A DNA stretch of 64,000 bases from Candidatus Marinacidobacterales bacterium (lineage in GTDB: Bacteria; Acidobacteriota; Vicinamibacteria; Marinacidobacterales; DATDRI01). The notes under the pieces are model-generated. The model saw only the letters and a program-made list of their open reading frames with translations. It was not told the DNA's origin and searched no databases. The DNA lies in assembly GCA_965226495.1 (NCBI GenBank), contig OZ245365.1, positions 1,440,001-1,504,000 on the forward strand. The letters are read 5' to 3'. Both the position numbers and the translations under genes were made by a program. Within the stretch, counting starts at the first letter, position 1. Every line of letters begins with the position of its first letter. Below are positions 1 through 10,292 of this stretch, piece by piece.

Positions 1-442
1 CCTGCAGCCTATGACCAGGCTGGCGTCTCTCGTACCGCTTCCAGCGCTTCTTGTGGGCTCGATGTTTTTGACTTGCGGGCAATCGACTCAGGCCATTGCG
101 CTCCAGGACTCGGTGAACCGTGGAAGCGGCGATTTTTATCTGATGATATCGATGCAGGTAGGAAGCGATTCTCGCCGGACCAAAGTGGTAGTTTTGCCGC
201 AAGTAGAGAATCTTGCTGACCGTCTGTTTGGGAGTCTCACGGGGGCAATTCTTGGGCCTCCTTGGTCTATCACAGAGGCTGGCCTCGCCATGGGCCTCGT
301 ACCGAGCCAGCCACTTGTAGAAAGTCTTCCGCGAGATCCCGAAATATCTACAAGTTCTTGAGACATTATGAGTTGTTTCGGCTGCGTGACGAATGATCTT
401 CATTCGCCAATTCACTAGCCGCTGTCGTTCCGTCTTCTTCAT
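1..442 (-). CDS. IS481-family transposase, N-terminal part (not in the ORF track)
   Basis: Manual translation: MKKTERQRLVNWRMKIIRHAAETTHNVSRTCRYFGISRKTFYKWLARY...DRPRRP...YHFGPARI...STVHRVLERNGLSRL...RYERRQPGHRLQ, the HTH region leading into the rve core. A GGAGG RBS lies upstream. Confidence 0.9.
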   Translation of the reverse strand, partial: MKKTERQRLVNWRMKIIRHAAETTHNVSRTCRYFGISRKTFYKWLARYEAHGEASLCDRPRRPKNCPRETPKQTVSKILYLRQNYHFGPARIASYLHRYHQIKIAASTVHRVLERNGLSRLPASQKHRAHKKRWKRYERRQPGHRLQ

Positions 443-508
443 GTTGCACTACCTCCCTGCAGCACTTAAAAGAAGACTAGTGTGTCACCTCTGTCCTGGG
501 GTTTTACA
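1..508 (-). mobile_element. IS481-family insertion sequence, left part (runs off the window start)
   Basis: The minus strand from 508 reads TGTAAAACCCCAGGACAGAGGTGACAC, a TGT-initiated IS481-type end, 66 bp upstream of a transposase start. Confidence 0.8.
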
Positions 509-780
509 TGAACATTTTTTTCGAGTCTTGACGAACAGGTAGTTCCCCGCCTGATGGGATCGGCCACAGCCGGCGACTTCGCTTGTCTGGACGATTTTTT
601 GTCCCTGTGAGCTTCGCCGCTCCGTTACTGCACAGTTGCCCCTAGCAGCACGAAACCTCGCGGGGTAGTTGAATCCAGGTTGTCGCTCTGCTAGATCCCA
701 TAGTGTTGGGAGCCTGGCCAGCACGATGTGTAAGTGTCCTGTGCCCTCCCCGTAACGTTTCGGAAATCCGGAGACACAAA

Positions 781-2526
781 TTGAAACCCAATCACGAACT
801 CGTCGCGTACCTATTCGTTATCACTTCGATAATGACACTGACCTCGGCCTGTACTTCGCAGTTGCCGAGCGAGGTCGCCGACACCGTCTACACCAACGGC
901 AAGATCTACACCGTCAATGAGGCCCAGCCCTGGGCCGAGGCGGTGGCGATCAAAGACGGCAAGTTCCTCGTCGTAGGGTCGAACGCTGACGTGGAGACCG
1001 TGACCGGTGACGGAACCGAGGTCGTCGATCTGACAGGTCAGTTCGTCATGCCTGGAATCGTCGATATGCACGCCCACCCGTTCACTGGTGTGGACATGGG
1101 CATCGGCGGCATCAATCTCAGTTCGCCGGGCGATTTGGAAGCGGTTCTGGCTGACATTAAGCAGTTTGTCGCCGAACACCCCGACAGAGACGTTTTTCTC
1201 GGCGGCAACTGGAGCATCGGCGGCGCGTTGTTCGAAAACGACAGCGCGGACAAGAAGGTGCTGGACGAGATCGTGCCCGATGTTCCGGTCTTCCTTCTTA
1301 GCCAGAGCGGTCACTCGGCCTGGGTAAATTCGAAGGCACTTGAGATGGCAGGCATCGACGAGTCCGTTGACAACGAAGGTTCCTATATTTTCGATCGCTA
1401 CGAAGGCACGAACGAGCCCTCTGGCACCGCCCGCGATAACGGAATGGTCCTGATCATGAACGCACTGCACTACCTCGCCCCTGAGGATTTTGCACCTTTC
1501 TTTGAGAAGGAAATTCAGCGGTACAGCAGGTATGGCGTCACCGCGATCCAGCCAGCCGAGGGAAGCATTACCTGGCTGCAGGGAGCCGCTCTGCTGGAGA
1601 AGGAAGACCGGTTGGACGTTCGGCTTTTTCCGGCGCTCGATTGGCTGACATCTCAGCTTAGGGCACTCGACGACGACGAATCGGTGGCGTTTATCGAGGA
1701 CTGGGAGAGCTACCAGACCGAACTGATCAGGCCCCACTACGTCAAGATTTTCGGAGATGGCGGCGCCGATTCCCACACCGTTCTAATGAAGGAGCCCTTC
1801 GCCGATTCCCCTGAAAACCTCGGATCGATGTTTCTCCCTTTCGACGAGTACAGGGCAGCCATACTCGACTTTTACGCAAAGGGAATCACGGTGCACGTGC
1901 ACGTTCTTGGGGACGCCACAGCAGCCCGAATCATCGACATCTTCGAGGAAGCAGAAGCAACGTACCCCGATTCCGACGCTGTCCTCCATCTCTCCCACAA
2001 CCAGTCGACCGATTACGAAGATCTGGACCGGCTCGCAGCCTTGAAGAAGGTGACCGCGTCCTTCTCGCCCATGCTGGCGGTGGGACATCCGCAGATGGAT
2101 CTGTTCCTCAAGACACCTCTGGGCGAAGAGCGCCATCAGCAGGTCTTTCCCGTCAGAGCCGCGATCGAGAAGGGCATCACGGTCGGCTTCGGCAGCGATT
2201 TCCCATCGAGCCTGGTTCCCGAACCGGATTCGTTCTTCTACATGGAGGGCTGGGTAACCCGGCAGATGCCCGGGACCGACGAGTATGGAACCGTCAACGC
2301 GGATCAGGCGATCAGCGTGGAACAGGCCATTCGAGGCTTCACGCTGGGTGGTGCTGAAGCGCTGGGCGCCGACTACTCCGAGCAGTTCGGGTCGATCGAG
2401 GCTGGCAAGTCCGCCGACATGATCGTCCTGGATCGAGACCTGCTGGAGATCCCGGAGACCGAGATCCACAACACAGAGGTCCAGAAGACGATCTTCAAGG
2501 GCGAGGTCGTGTACGAACCTCGCTAG
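781..2526 (+). CDS. Amidohydrolase_3 (YtcJ-like) family lipoprotein
   Basis: NGKIYTVN, PGIVDMHAH, HVHVLGD, FGSDFP and GSIEAGKSAD motifs. TTG start chosen after GGAGA; lipobox-like LTSAC. Confidence 0.85.
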   Translation: MKPNHELVAYLFVITSIMTLTSACTSQLPSEVADTVYTNGKIYTVNEAQPWAEAVAIKDGKFLVVGSNADVETVTGDGTEVVDLTGQFVMPGIVDMHAHPFTGVDMGIGGINLSSPGDLEAVLADIKQFVAEHPDRDVFLGGNWSIGGALFENDSADKKVLDEIVPDVPVFLLSQSGHSAWVNSKALEMAGIDESVDNEGSYIFDRYEGTNEPSGTARDNGMVLIMNALHYLAPEDFAPFFEKEIQRYSRYGVTAIQPAEGSITWLQGAALLEKEDRLDVRLFPALDWLTSQLRALDDDESVAFIEDWESYQTELIRPHYVKIFGDGGADSHTVLMKEPFADSPENLGSMFLPFDEYRAAILDFYAKGITVHVHVLGDATAARIIDIFEEAEATYPDSDAVLHLSHNQSTDYEDLDRLAALKKVTASFSPMLAVGHPQMDLFLKTPLGEERHQQVFPVRAAIEKGITVGFGSDFPSSLVPEPDSFFYMEGWVTRQMPGTDEYGTVNADQAISVEQAIRGFTLGGAEALGADYSEQFGSIEAGKSADMIVLDRDLLEIPETEIHNTEVQKTIFKGEVVYEPR

Positions 2527-2811
2527 ACTCCGCTCGCGCCCTGTCTAAGGGAAATTACAAAGTAACGGTGGAACCGAAAAGACTCGAACTGTTCAATTCT
2601 CGCGCCCTCGTTCAAGCTTCCCCGTGAACCTGGAACGTTGGCCTAACGCACCAAAGCGACATTGCTAACTTGTTCCGTGGCGGAAGATTCGTGGGACTGG
2701 TGCATCTTATGTGCGATCGCCGGCCCCCCCGAAGGGCTGCTCACGGCAAAACTCGCGGCCTCCGGTGTTACAGTCCACTAGAGTCTCGAGGGAAGCGAAG
2801 GAGGAACGTTC

Positions 2812-3492
2812 GTGCCCGGACCCTATGAAATCATCACTTTCGATTGCTATGGAACGTTGGTCGACTGGGAGGGTGGGATCAGCGGAGCCTTCCTGGAGGC
2901 CGCCGCCCAGGATGGTTTGAAGCTCGAGAGGCAGGCCGTGCTCCAGGCCTACGGAGAGATCGAGCCCATCGTCGAGGCGGAGACGTACCGAAGCTACCGC
3001 GAGGTACTCGGAGAGACGGCTCGCCGGATCGCGGAAAGATTCGGTTGGCCCATCACTAAGAACCGAGCGAGCTTTCTCGCCGAGAGTCTCTCCGGCTGGC
3101 GCCCTTTTCCCGACACCAACGCCGCGCTCGAGCGCCTTGCCGCTTCCGGCTTGAAGTTCGGTATCTTGTCGAATGTCGACGATGATCTGCTGGCAGGTAC
3201 GTTGAAACGCTTCACCGTCGACTTCGAACTTGTTGTTACTGCCCAACAAGTGAGGTCCTACAAACCCGCCTTCGAGCATTTTCAAGAAGCCCGAAAGCGT
3301 CTCGACGCGGCCGGTATGACCGGCTGGCTTCACGCGGCACAGAGCTATTTCCACGACGTCGTGCCAGCTGCGGCGCTCGGTATTCCAGTGGCTTGGATCA
3401 ATCGCAAGGGAGAGGCTCCGTCTGGTGAGGCCCGCCCCGACAAAGAGTTTTCAACACTGGCCGACTTGGCGGAGTGGTCAGGCGGGCGCTAG
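2812..3492 (+). CDS. HAD-superfamily hydrolase (haloacid dehalogenase type II-like)
   Basis: TFDCYGTLVDWE, ILSNVD, SYKP and HAAQSYFHD motifs. Confidence 0.9.
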   Translation: MPGPYEIITFDCYGTLVDWEGGISGAFLEAAAQDGLKLERQAVLQAYGEIEPIVEAETYRSYREVLGETARRIAERFGWPITKNRASFLAESLSGWRPFPDTNAALERLAASGLKFGILSNVDDDLLAGTLKRFTVDFELVVTAQQVRSYKPAFEHFQEARKRLDAAGMTGWLHAAQSYFHDVVPAAALGIPVAWINRKGEAPSGEARPDKEFSTLADLAEWSGGR

Positions 3493-5355
3493 CCAGAGGT
3501 TCTGGTAGGGCTCCAACGTGATTTGCACGACGCCCGAAGAGCAATTCTCTCGGCGTCCGGTCAGAATGTCTCTCCAAACCTCGCTCAGTACTCCAACCTC
3601 CGCCTCGGAGAAGGAGACCTCTTGAGCGTCGGCGCTGACGTTGGTCAAGGCTAACACGCGCTGCTTACCATCCGTTGAAACGCGGACGACGGAAAAGACG
3701 GAAGGATTCCTCATCAAGATCCGCTGAGCACCATTCGGATGAAACGCCGTCGTCTCGGTGCGTTTTTCGATGAGCTTCCGGAAACCGCTGGCGACTTTGT
3801 AGGTGGAGGATGTCCGATCGCCCAGCTTTTCGATGAGAGCTTCTTCATCGATACTCTTCCGGTTGATGCTTCGCGGTTCACCGCTTTCCAGCACCGATTC
3901 CAGATCGTTTTGGGCACCGAGCAGACTGGGGAGGTACGTGCCCGGCACGCCCCGGAGAACTAGGGCGATAGCCCTCGAAGCGAGGAAACGGTCGACCTGT
4001 AGATCCACGTCTTCGTCCCCTGTCCCGTTGAGCGCGCTATACCAGGTGGTGTTGATCTCGTACGGACTCATCTTCCCGTCGGCATCTTCGCGATAGGAAA
4101 TGATTCCCCCGCGGGAAAGCGCCTTCCTCACCATGCCATCGAGTCTTTCGGTGCTAACGATGTTCCTTACCGGTAGGAGTCCGATGCCGTCATGGGAGTC
4201 GAGAAAGTTGAAGTAGGTCGCGCTATCGGAGGGGTTATCCAACGTCTCGGCCCATTGCGAGAGCAGCTCGCAGTTGGCCTCCTGAAACGAAAGAAGGACC
4301 AACGGCGGCAGGGCAAAGTTGTAAACCATCTGTGCTTCGTCAGTTCCTTTGCCGAAGTAGGTGATGAGCTCCTCATGGGGCACATTCGTTTCGGTGACCA
4401 GACCGACATGGGGGGCAACCACGTCGAGGATACAGCGGAAGAGCTGTACGACCGAGTGTGTTTGTTGAAGATGGGCACAGCTGGTTCCGAGCTCTGACCA
4501 AAGGTAGGTGATCGCATCCAGCCGGATGATGTCGGCACCCCGCCGCACGTAGTAGAGGAGTATTTCTACGATGCGGGCCAATACCTTCTCGTTCTTGAAA
4601 TTCAGATCGATCTGATCGGGACCGAACGTCGTCCAGACGTATTGCCTCCCGGCGATCGTGTTGAAACCCGTCAAGAGATCGGTCACCCGTGGCCGTACGA
4701 TCAAGCGCAGGTGGTCTCCACTGATCTCCTCGCGCGTCGAGAACCGAATGAAGAAGTCCTGAAAATTGGAGTTGCCGTTCAGGAATTCCTGAAACCAGCG
4801 GCTCGAAGCCGAAACATGATTGAAGACCCCGTCGAACATGAGGCGAAAACGCAGGCTGAGCTCCTCGATGTCGTCCCAACTACCTAAACGTGGGTCGACC
4901 TCTTCATAGGCTATGATCGAAAAGCCTCGATCGGACGACGATGGGAAAAACGGCAGGATATGAACGGTATTAATGACCGAGCCCATGAAGACGGTGAGGA
5001 AATCGGATAGGGCGCGAAGAGGTTTTTTCTGCGGACTCGTGATCAGATCTCCGTAGGTGATCAAGATCATGTCTTTTTCCGTGAAACGCTCGGCGGGATC
5101 GAGGTTTTTTTCCGCCTCCAGCGTCTCAGGCGTCTTGTGCGCGTAGTAGACCCTCATGATCCGTTCGAGGTCCTCGAAGCAGGCCTCGGCGCGCTCCTTC
5201 CCGTAAAGGAAGACGAGCTTGCGCGTGATGTCCTGGCGTTGCCTGGGGCTCAGTTCGAGCAAAGGGCGTGTGTAATCGGGTTCCGCGAGATGAAGTCGAC
5301 CAGCGAAGAGCCGGGGATCCGGCAACCCTGATTCGGGATCGGCGAGGGCACTCAT
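3478..5355 (-). CDS. GH13_18 sugar phosphorylase, probably glucosylglycerate phosphorylase (YcjM-like)
   Basis: LITYGD, HILPFFPSSSDRGF, WTTFGPDQIDLN and RLDA (nucleophile) motifs. The acid/base loop TETNVP and the loop YEIN match the glucosylglycerate rather than the sucrose clade. Confidence 0.85.
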   Translation of the reverse strand: MSALADPESGLPDPRLFAGRLHLAEPDYTRPLLELSPRQRQDITRKLVFLYGKERAEACFEDLERIMRVYYAHKTPETLEAEKNLDPAERFTEKDMILITYGDLITSPQKKPLRALSDFLTVFMGSVINTVHILPFFPSSSDRGFSIIAYEEVDPRLGSWDDIEELSLRFRLMFDGVFNHVSASSRWFQEFLNGNSNFQDFFIRFSTREEISGDHLRLIVRPRVTDLLTGFNTIAGRQYVWTTFGPDQIDLNFKNEKVLARIVEILLYYVRRGADIIRLDAITYLWSELGTSCAHLQQTHSVVQLFRCILDVVAPHVGLVTETNVPHEELITYFGKGTDEAQMVYNFALPPLVLLSFQEANCELLSQWAETLDNPSDSATYFNFLDSHDGIGLLPVRNIVSTERLDGMVRKALSRGGIISYREDADGKMSPYEINTTWYSALNGTGDEDVDLQVDRFLASRAIALVLRGVPGTYLPSLLGAQNDLESVLESGEPRSINRKSIDEEALIEKLGDRTSSTYKVASGFRKLIEKRTETTAFHPNGAQRILMRNPSVFSVVRVSTDGKQRVLALTNVSADAQEVSFSEAEVGVLSEVWRDILTGRRENCSSGVVQITLEPYQNLWLAPA

Positions 5356-5399
5356 TGCATTTATTGTGACACGGAATTTTGCGGAGGGAAATACGTGGG

Positions 5400-5440
5400 G
5401 AGCCTGAAAGCCTGCAAGCCTGCAAGCTTGAAAGGCTCCT
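5400..5440. repeat. Short 8-bp tandem array (AGCCTGMA-like, about 4 units)
   Basis: agcctgaa agcctgca agcctgca agcttgaa, in the divergent intergenic region. Confidence 0.6.
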
Positions 5441-5466
5441 GTTTTTCCGCCAAGATAGCCGCCGAA

Positions 5467-6663
5467 GTGAGTCCTTCTCCGCCCAAACCGCCGATCGAGA
5501 CTCCTCCCGTCACGACGGGCTTGGAGCGGTTGTTCGAAGATCGAACCGACGCTATTCGAGGAAAGCGTTTAGGCCTCATCGCGAACCCCGCCACCATCGA
5601 CTCCGCAATGCGCCACGCCGCCGATCGACTGCGGGAGACGGGACAGCTGAAAGCGCTCTTCGGCCCCGAGCACGGGATCGCCGGCCACGCGCAAGATCAC
5701 ATCGAGGTCGATGACGGAAGCGACGTGGGGATCCCGGTTCATAGCCTGTACGGCGCGACCCGCATTCCCACACCCGAGATGCTGGAAGGTCTAGACGCGC
5801 TCGTCTTCGATGTCCAAGACATCGGTTCCCGCTACTACACGTTCATTTGGACCCTGGCTCACGCGATGCAGGCGTCGGCGCGGGATGGGAGAGAGGTGAT
5901 CGTGTTGGATCGCCCGAATCCCATCGGGGGCGTGCACCTGGAGGGAAATCTCATCGAGGAGAGTCACGTTTCTTTCGTAGGCCTCTATCCGATCGCCAAT
6001 CGACATGGAATGACGGTGGGGGAGCTCGCTGAGCTGTTCAACCAAGAGTTCGGGATCGGCTGTGAGTTGACGGTCGTTCCCATGAAGGGTTGGGTTCGCT
6101 CGAGCTGGTTTGATGAGACGGGACTTCCGTGGGTGATGCCCTCACCGAACATGCCGACCTTGGATACCGCGACGGTTTATCCGGGAGGTTGTCTCTTCGA
6201 AGGTACCAACCTATCGGAGGGGCGAGGGACAACGCGGCCCTTCGAGCTGGTTGGGGCCCCGTGGGTCGATGCTAATCGGTTTGCGACGGAACTGGAAAAG
6301 GAAGATCTACCGGGGGTTTTCATGAGGCCCACCTCCTTCGAACCCGCGTTCCACAAATTTGCGGGCGAGCTCTGCGGCGGCGTTCAACAACATGTCATCG
6401 ATCGAGAGACGTATCGCCCGTTGAGAACCGGATTGGCGATCATCAAGGTCTCGCGGAGGCTCTGGCCGGATGAGTTCGCCTGGCGGGATGAGACTTACGA
6501 GTACGAAACAGAAAAACCGGCCATCGATATCCTGGCGGGGAATAGCCGCATCCGAAAACAAATCGACGCCGATGTACCTCTGGCCGATATCGAAGAGGGA
6601 TGGCAGGCCGATCTCGCTCGTTTCGAAAAGCTCCGCGCCCGCTACCTCCTCTACCCAGACTAG
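5467..6663 (+). CDS. namZ: DUF1343 / exo-beta-N-acetylmuramidase NamZ family protein
   Basis: LFGPEHG, SLYG, DVQDIGSRYYTF, LDRPNP, RHGMTVGE, PSPNMP and SEGRGT motifs. GTG start is inferred; no signal peptide seen. Confidence 0.88.
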   Translation: MSPSPPKPPIETPPVTTGLERLFEDRTDAIRGKRLGLIANPATIDSAMRHAADRLRETGQLKALFGPEHGIAGHAQDHIEVDDGSDVGIPVHSLYGATRIPTPEMLEGLDALVFDVQDIGSRYYTFIWTLAHAMQASARDGREVIVLDRPNPIGGVHLEGNLIEESHVSFVGLYPIANRHGMTVGELAELFNQEFGIGCELTVVPMKGWVRSSWFDETGLPWVMPSPNMPTLDTATVYPGGCLFEGTNLSEGRGTTRPFELVGAPWVDANRFATELEKEDLPGVFMRPTSFEPAFHKFAGELCGGVQQHVIDRETYRPLRTGLAIIKVSRRLWPDEFAWRDETYEYETEKPAIDILAGNSRIRKQIDADVPLADIEEGWQADLARFEKLRARYLLYPD

Positions 6664-6691
6664 TAAGCCCATTCGAGAATAGGAGTCGCTC

Positions 6692-8440
6692 ATGCCAAGG
6701 CTTCCAATGTACTGGCTGTTCGCGATCGGTTGGTTTCTGTGCGTGCCGCTCTCGGCGCAGGAACCGCCAGCCGATCTCGTTCTTCTGAACGGAACCGTTT
6801 ATACCGTGGATCCGGATCGTCCCCGAGCCGGGGCGGTGGCCATCTTTCGCGATCGGATTGTGGCGGTGGGCACCAACTCCGAGGTCCGTTCGCGCATCGG
6901 CCGGTCGACGCGCATCGTCGACCTCGAAGGTCGTTTCGTGGTTCCCGGCTTCGTCGACGATCATACGCATTTCGCCCAGGCGGGAGCTTTGTTGCTCGGC
7001 GCGAACTTGCTTCGTGTTCACGACGAGCAAGAACTCAGGGCGCAGATCGCGTTGGTGGCGGAGCGACTCCCCGGCGATAGTTGGATCGTCGGAGGAGACT
7101 GGGGTGCGTACGAGGCGTGGGAGGAAGGGTCCTCCGGCGAGGCGAGTGAGTCGAAGCCCGCGGAACCATTCGTCCCCACACGCAAGATGGTCGACGACGT
7201 CAGCGGCTCACATCCTCTATTGATTCGGCGCTTCGACCGAAGCATCTATTTGGCCAACGGTCTTGCTCTTCAGAAGGCTGGGATCGACGCCGAGACGCCC
7301 AACCCTGTCGACGGAGTCATCGCGCGGGACGCTAACGGAAGTCCGACCGGGATCCTCACCGGCACCGCAGTCGAATTGGTGGAGGCGGTCATTGGAGAGA
7401 AACCCTGGGAGCAACGGCTTGCCGAAAGTCGCAGGGCGCTCGCGGAGTTACGTCGCTACGGCGTGACCAGCATCCACGACATCACGCGGCGGGATCAAAT
7501 GCGGGTCTACCAGGAGCTCTTGCGCAACGGCGAGTTGTCGGTTCGGGTGTGGGCTCGCCCGACACTCGATATGGTGGAGCATCTCGCCGCGGTCGGAATC
7601 GAGACCGGTTTCGGCAACGACCTGTTGAAAATCGGGGGCCTGAAGGGGTTTGTTGACGGCACCATGGGGAATAGTTCCGCGCTCTTCTATGAACCGTACG
7701 ACCACGATCCCGAGAACTCCGGCAAGCTTCGCGACATGATGTACCCGGAAGGGAACATGTTGCGCTTGATCCGGGAAGCGGATCGAGCGCATCTCGTGCC
7801 CAACGTTCACGCCATCGGCGACAAGGCGATAGCCATGCTCCTCGAAATGTACGAGACGGTCATCGAAGAGAACCCTAGGTGGGACCGACGTTTTAGGATT
7901 ATTCACTCCCAAGTGGTGGGGCCGGACGATTTCTCGAGCTACGGAAAGTTGGGGATCGTTGCAGAGGTGCAGCCCTATCACGCCATCGATGATATGCGTT
8001 GGATGGAGGAGCGCATTGGTAAGGAAAGATCCAAGGGAGCGTATGCCTTCAAGTCGCTCCAGATGGGCGGGGCACGGCTTTGTTTCGGGACCGACTGGCC
8101 GGGAACCAATGCCGCCTACTATCCCGCGAATCCGCTCCTCGGAATCTACGCAGCGGTGACTCGCAAGACTCTTACCGGAGAGCCTTCCGGAGGTTGGTTT
8201 CCCGATCAGATTCTAACCGTGCCGGAGGCGATCGAGGCCTACACGATGGGCTCGGCCTGGGCGGCCTATGAAGAAGAAGACAAGGGCAGTATCACGCCCG
8301 GAAAGCTCGCCGACTTCGCCGTGCTGTCGAAGGACATCACTTCCATCCCGTCCATGGAGATCAAGGACGTGGATGTGGTGATGACGATCCTCGGTGGGAA
8401 GATCATCTTTGATCAAGAGGAAGAAAACGCTGACCGCTGA
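6692..8440 (+). CDS. Secreted amidohydrolase_3 (YtcJ-like) family protein
   Basis: Signal peptide; PGFVDDHTH, KGFVDG, HAIGD, RIIHSQ and FGTDWP motifs. Confidence 0.9.
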   Translation: MPRLPMYWLFAIGWFLCVPLSAQEPPADLVLLNGTVYTVDPDRPRAGAVAIFRDRIVAVGTNSEVRSRIGRSTRIVDLEGRFVVPGFVDDHTHFAQAGALLLGANLLRVHDEQELRAQIALVAERLPGDSWIVGGDWGAYEAWEEGSSGEASESKPAEPFVPTRKMVDDVSGSHPLLIRRFDRSIYLANGLALQKAGIDAETPNPVDGVIARDANGSPTGILTGTAVELVEAVIGEKPWEQRLAESRRALAELRRYGVTSIHDITRRDQMRVYQELLRNGELSVRVWARPTLDMVEHLAAVGIETGFGNDLLKIGGLKGFVDGTMGNSSALFYEPYDHDPENSGKLRDMMYPEGNMLRLIREADRAHLVPNVHAIGDKAIAMLLEMYETVIEENPRWDRRFRIIHSQVVGPDDFSSYGKLGIVAEVQPYHAIDDMRWMEERIGKERSKGAYAFKSLQMGGARLCFGTDWPGTNAAYYPANPLLGIYAAVTRKTLTGEPSGGWFPDQILTVPEAIEAYTMGSAWAAYEEEDKGSITPGKLADFAVLSKDITSIPSMEIKDVDVVMTILGGKIIFDQEEENADR

Positions 8441-8535
8441 TTAGTGTTCACTAATTTGAAATCGGTAGCTCTCGTGACGGCGGCGTTACGTTTATTTCAA
8501 GACAGTAGTTCGGCGATGCCGTCGGTCTCGCGCGG

Positions 8536-8985
8536 CTACTCGCGAGCTCGCCCTCGAGGTTTCTCTGCGCGCAGCTCGCTCAAGCGCGCCCGTTGTTCCG
8601 CGTTGAGCTCGTTTTTGATCCGTATCATCAGGGTCAGCTGCATGCGTTTGACTTCCCGTTCGGCATCGAGGACCTCGTCCAGGTGCTCCATAACGGCGGC
8701 TTCGTCGGTCGGCTCCTGGTCCAGCAATGAGGCGAGGATTTCCATCGCGTCATGGAGCCGCCACTGGACTTCGCTGAAGCGCGTTTGTGCGCGCTGCACT
8801 TCCGCGCGGATCGCTTTTTTTTGCTTGTCGTCGAGCCCAATCGCGTTCTGGTTCGACATGATGAGCTCGGGAGGAAACAGGTGCTCCGCGATCGCATCTC
8901 TTTTTGGTTTCTGCGCGGAAGCGACGGGCGACAGCATGAGGAGGCCGATACCCAACGCGGTGCTAACTGTCATCGTTTTCTTCAT
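8536..8985 (-). CDS. Periplasmic Spy/CpxP/heavy-metal-sensor-like helical protein
   Basis: Signal peptide ending ASA-Q; GLDDKQKKAI and LNAEQRARL (LTxxQ-like) motifs. GAGGAG RBS before the ATG at 8985. Confidence 0.75.
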   Translation of the reverse strand: MKKTMTVSTALGIGLLMLSPVASAQKPKRDAIAEHLFPPELIMSNQNAIGLDDKQKKAIRAEVQRAQTRFSEVQWRLHDAMEILASLLDQEPTDEAAVMEHLDEVLDAEREVKRMQLTLMIRIKNELNAEQRARLSELRAEKPRGRARE

Positions 8986-9469
8986 CGTTGTTCTCCTCGT
9001 ATAAAGTTTCGGGTAAATCAAATTGGAAGCCACCCAGACGCGGGACCTGCTGGAGTTGTTTGTAGGAGGCGGAGTAGAGAAGCTCCGCGGTGGGCGAACG
9101 CCAGTTGGCAAGATCCGGATCGGGCTTGAGTTCTGTTTCCGGGATCGGTGTCATTGTGACGACGATAACGATGATGACAGCGATCCCAACCAACGCCGCC
9201 GACGCAGCTCCGAGCCAAGGCCAGCGTCCCAGGGGTCTGGCGGGCGCATTGGGAACTTCGGCCAGGACCTGAGCCCGGAACGACGGTGAGGGTTTTGCGT
9301 TCGAGAGCACACCGACCGCCTCGTCGAGAGCGGAAGCGTCGGCACGCAGGCTCGAGAGCGCCGCCGCACAGTTGGCGCAATCACCGACGTGCCGTTCGAC
9401 CTCGGGGCTTTTCACGCCAAGCGCGACATCCATCAACGCATCACTCCACTTGTCGTCGCACGTTCTCAT
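8963..9469 (-). CDS. Zinc-binding (ZAS) anti-sigma factor
   Basis: HVGDCANC (HxxxCxxC) plus one TM helix; overlaps the sigma gene stop by 4 bp. Confidence 0.85.
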   Translation of the reverse strand: MRTCDDKWSDALMDVALGVKSPEVERHVGDCANCAAALSSLRADASALDEAVGVLSNAKPSPSFRAQVLAEVPNAPARPLGRWPWLGAASAALVGIAVIIVIVVTMTPIPETELKPDPDLANWRSPTAELLYSASYKQLQQVPRLGGFQFDLPETLYEENNDEENDDS

Positions 9470-10041
9470 CGTGAGATCCTCGAAAGAAGTTGCTTACGCG
9501 CAGAGTGAAGGCGCGAGCGCACCGTACCCGTTGGGATCCGAAGAACCGCAGCCACTTCGGAGGCCTCCATGTCCTCAATCGCACAGAGCACGAGAACGAT
9601 GCGAAGTTTATCGGGCAGCGAATCGATTTGAGCACGGACATCACTTAGAAAAATTTTATCGACCGCCGCCCGGCCTTGCTGCTGTGGCATATCCCCGAGA
9701 CTGTGGTGCCACGCGGTATCGCGGTCGAGCCGTCTTCGCGCGGCGCGCTTTCGATTGAGTGCGAGCGTAAACACGATTCGATTGACCCACGCCCGAAACT
9801 TGTCCGCCTCGCGCAAACTCCCGAAGAACCGGTAGGCGCGGATGAAGGCATCTTGTGCAATCTCTTCGGCATCCTGCGGGTTTCTTAGCACGCCGCGTGC
9901 GATGGCGACGACTCGGTGTTGGTTCTCGGCCAGCAGACGCACGAAGTCCCTTTCACGGTCGAGGGCGGCGCTCGGCTCTGGGGCGCTGCGTTCCACAAAG
10001 CTACTCATCTCGGATGCGTGAATCCTGGGCTTGCCGCTCAC
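9466..10041 (-). CDS. ECF sigma-70 family RNA polymerase sigma factor
   Basis: DAEEIAQDAF, FRAWVNRI and IPTGTVRSRLHSAR. Start is GTG 10041 or ATG 10008. Confidence 0.92.
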   Translation of the reverse strand: MSGKPRIHASEMSSFVERSAPEPSAALDRERDFVRLLAENQHRVVAIARGVLRNPQDAEEIAQDAFIRAYRFFGSLREADKFRAWVNRIVFTLALNRKRAARRRLDRDTAWHHSLGDMPQQQGRAAVDKIFLSDVRAQIDSLPDKLRIVLVLCAIEDMEASEVAAVLRIPTGTVRSRLHSARKQLLSRISR

Positions 10042-10046
10042 TTTAA

Positions 10047-10073
10047 AGACACCGCCGAAACAGGAGACGTTCA
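10047..10073 (-). promoter_or_regulatory. Putative ECF promoter of the sigma operon (TGAAC-N18-GTCT)
   Basis: Matches the GAAC...GTC ECF architecture, with the same spacing as the divergent copy. Confidence 0.6.
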
Positions 10074-10217
10074 ATTCATTATCTGCGAATCGCTGGCCGC
10101 GAAGAGTCGCCTGGACGGGTCAAGCTGTAAACAACAGTGTTTATAAAGGTTCTATCTTTCCGTTTCGGTCGGCCGACATAGATCCCGACTTTTCTTCGCT
10201 AGCCTGGCACCTTCCCC

Positions 10218-10244
10218 TGAACAACAGCCCTTCTCGCGATGTCA
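10218..10244 (+). promoter_or_regulatory. Putative ECF promoter of the divergent Spy-like gene (TGAAC-N18-GTCA)
   Basis: Same motif and spacing as at 10047-10073. Confidence 0.6.
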
Positions 10245-10292
10245 TGAACAGTGAAACCACAAATGCCCTGAAAGGGCAGAAAGAGAGAGTTC

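Noticed and set aside
11-361. + strand 116-aa ORF
   Set aside because: It is the antisense shadow of the IS481 transposase.
740-780. CGGAAATCCGGAGACAC resembles an IS3-type terminal repeat
   Set aside because: There is no partner repeat or transposase, and the GGAGA is explained as the amidohydrolase RBS.
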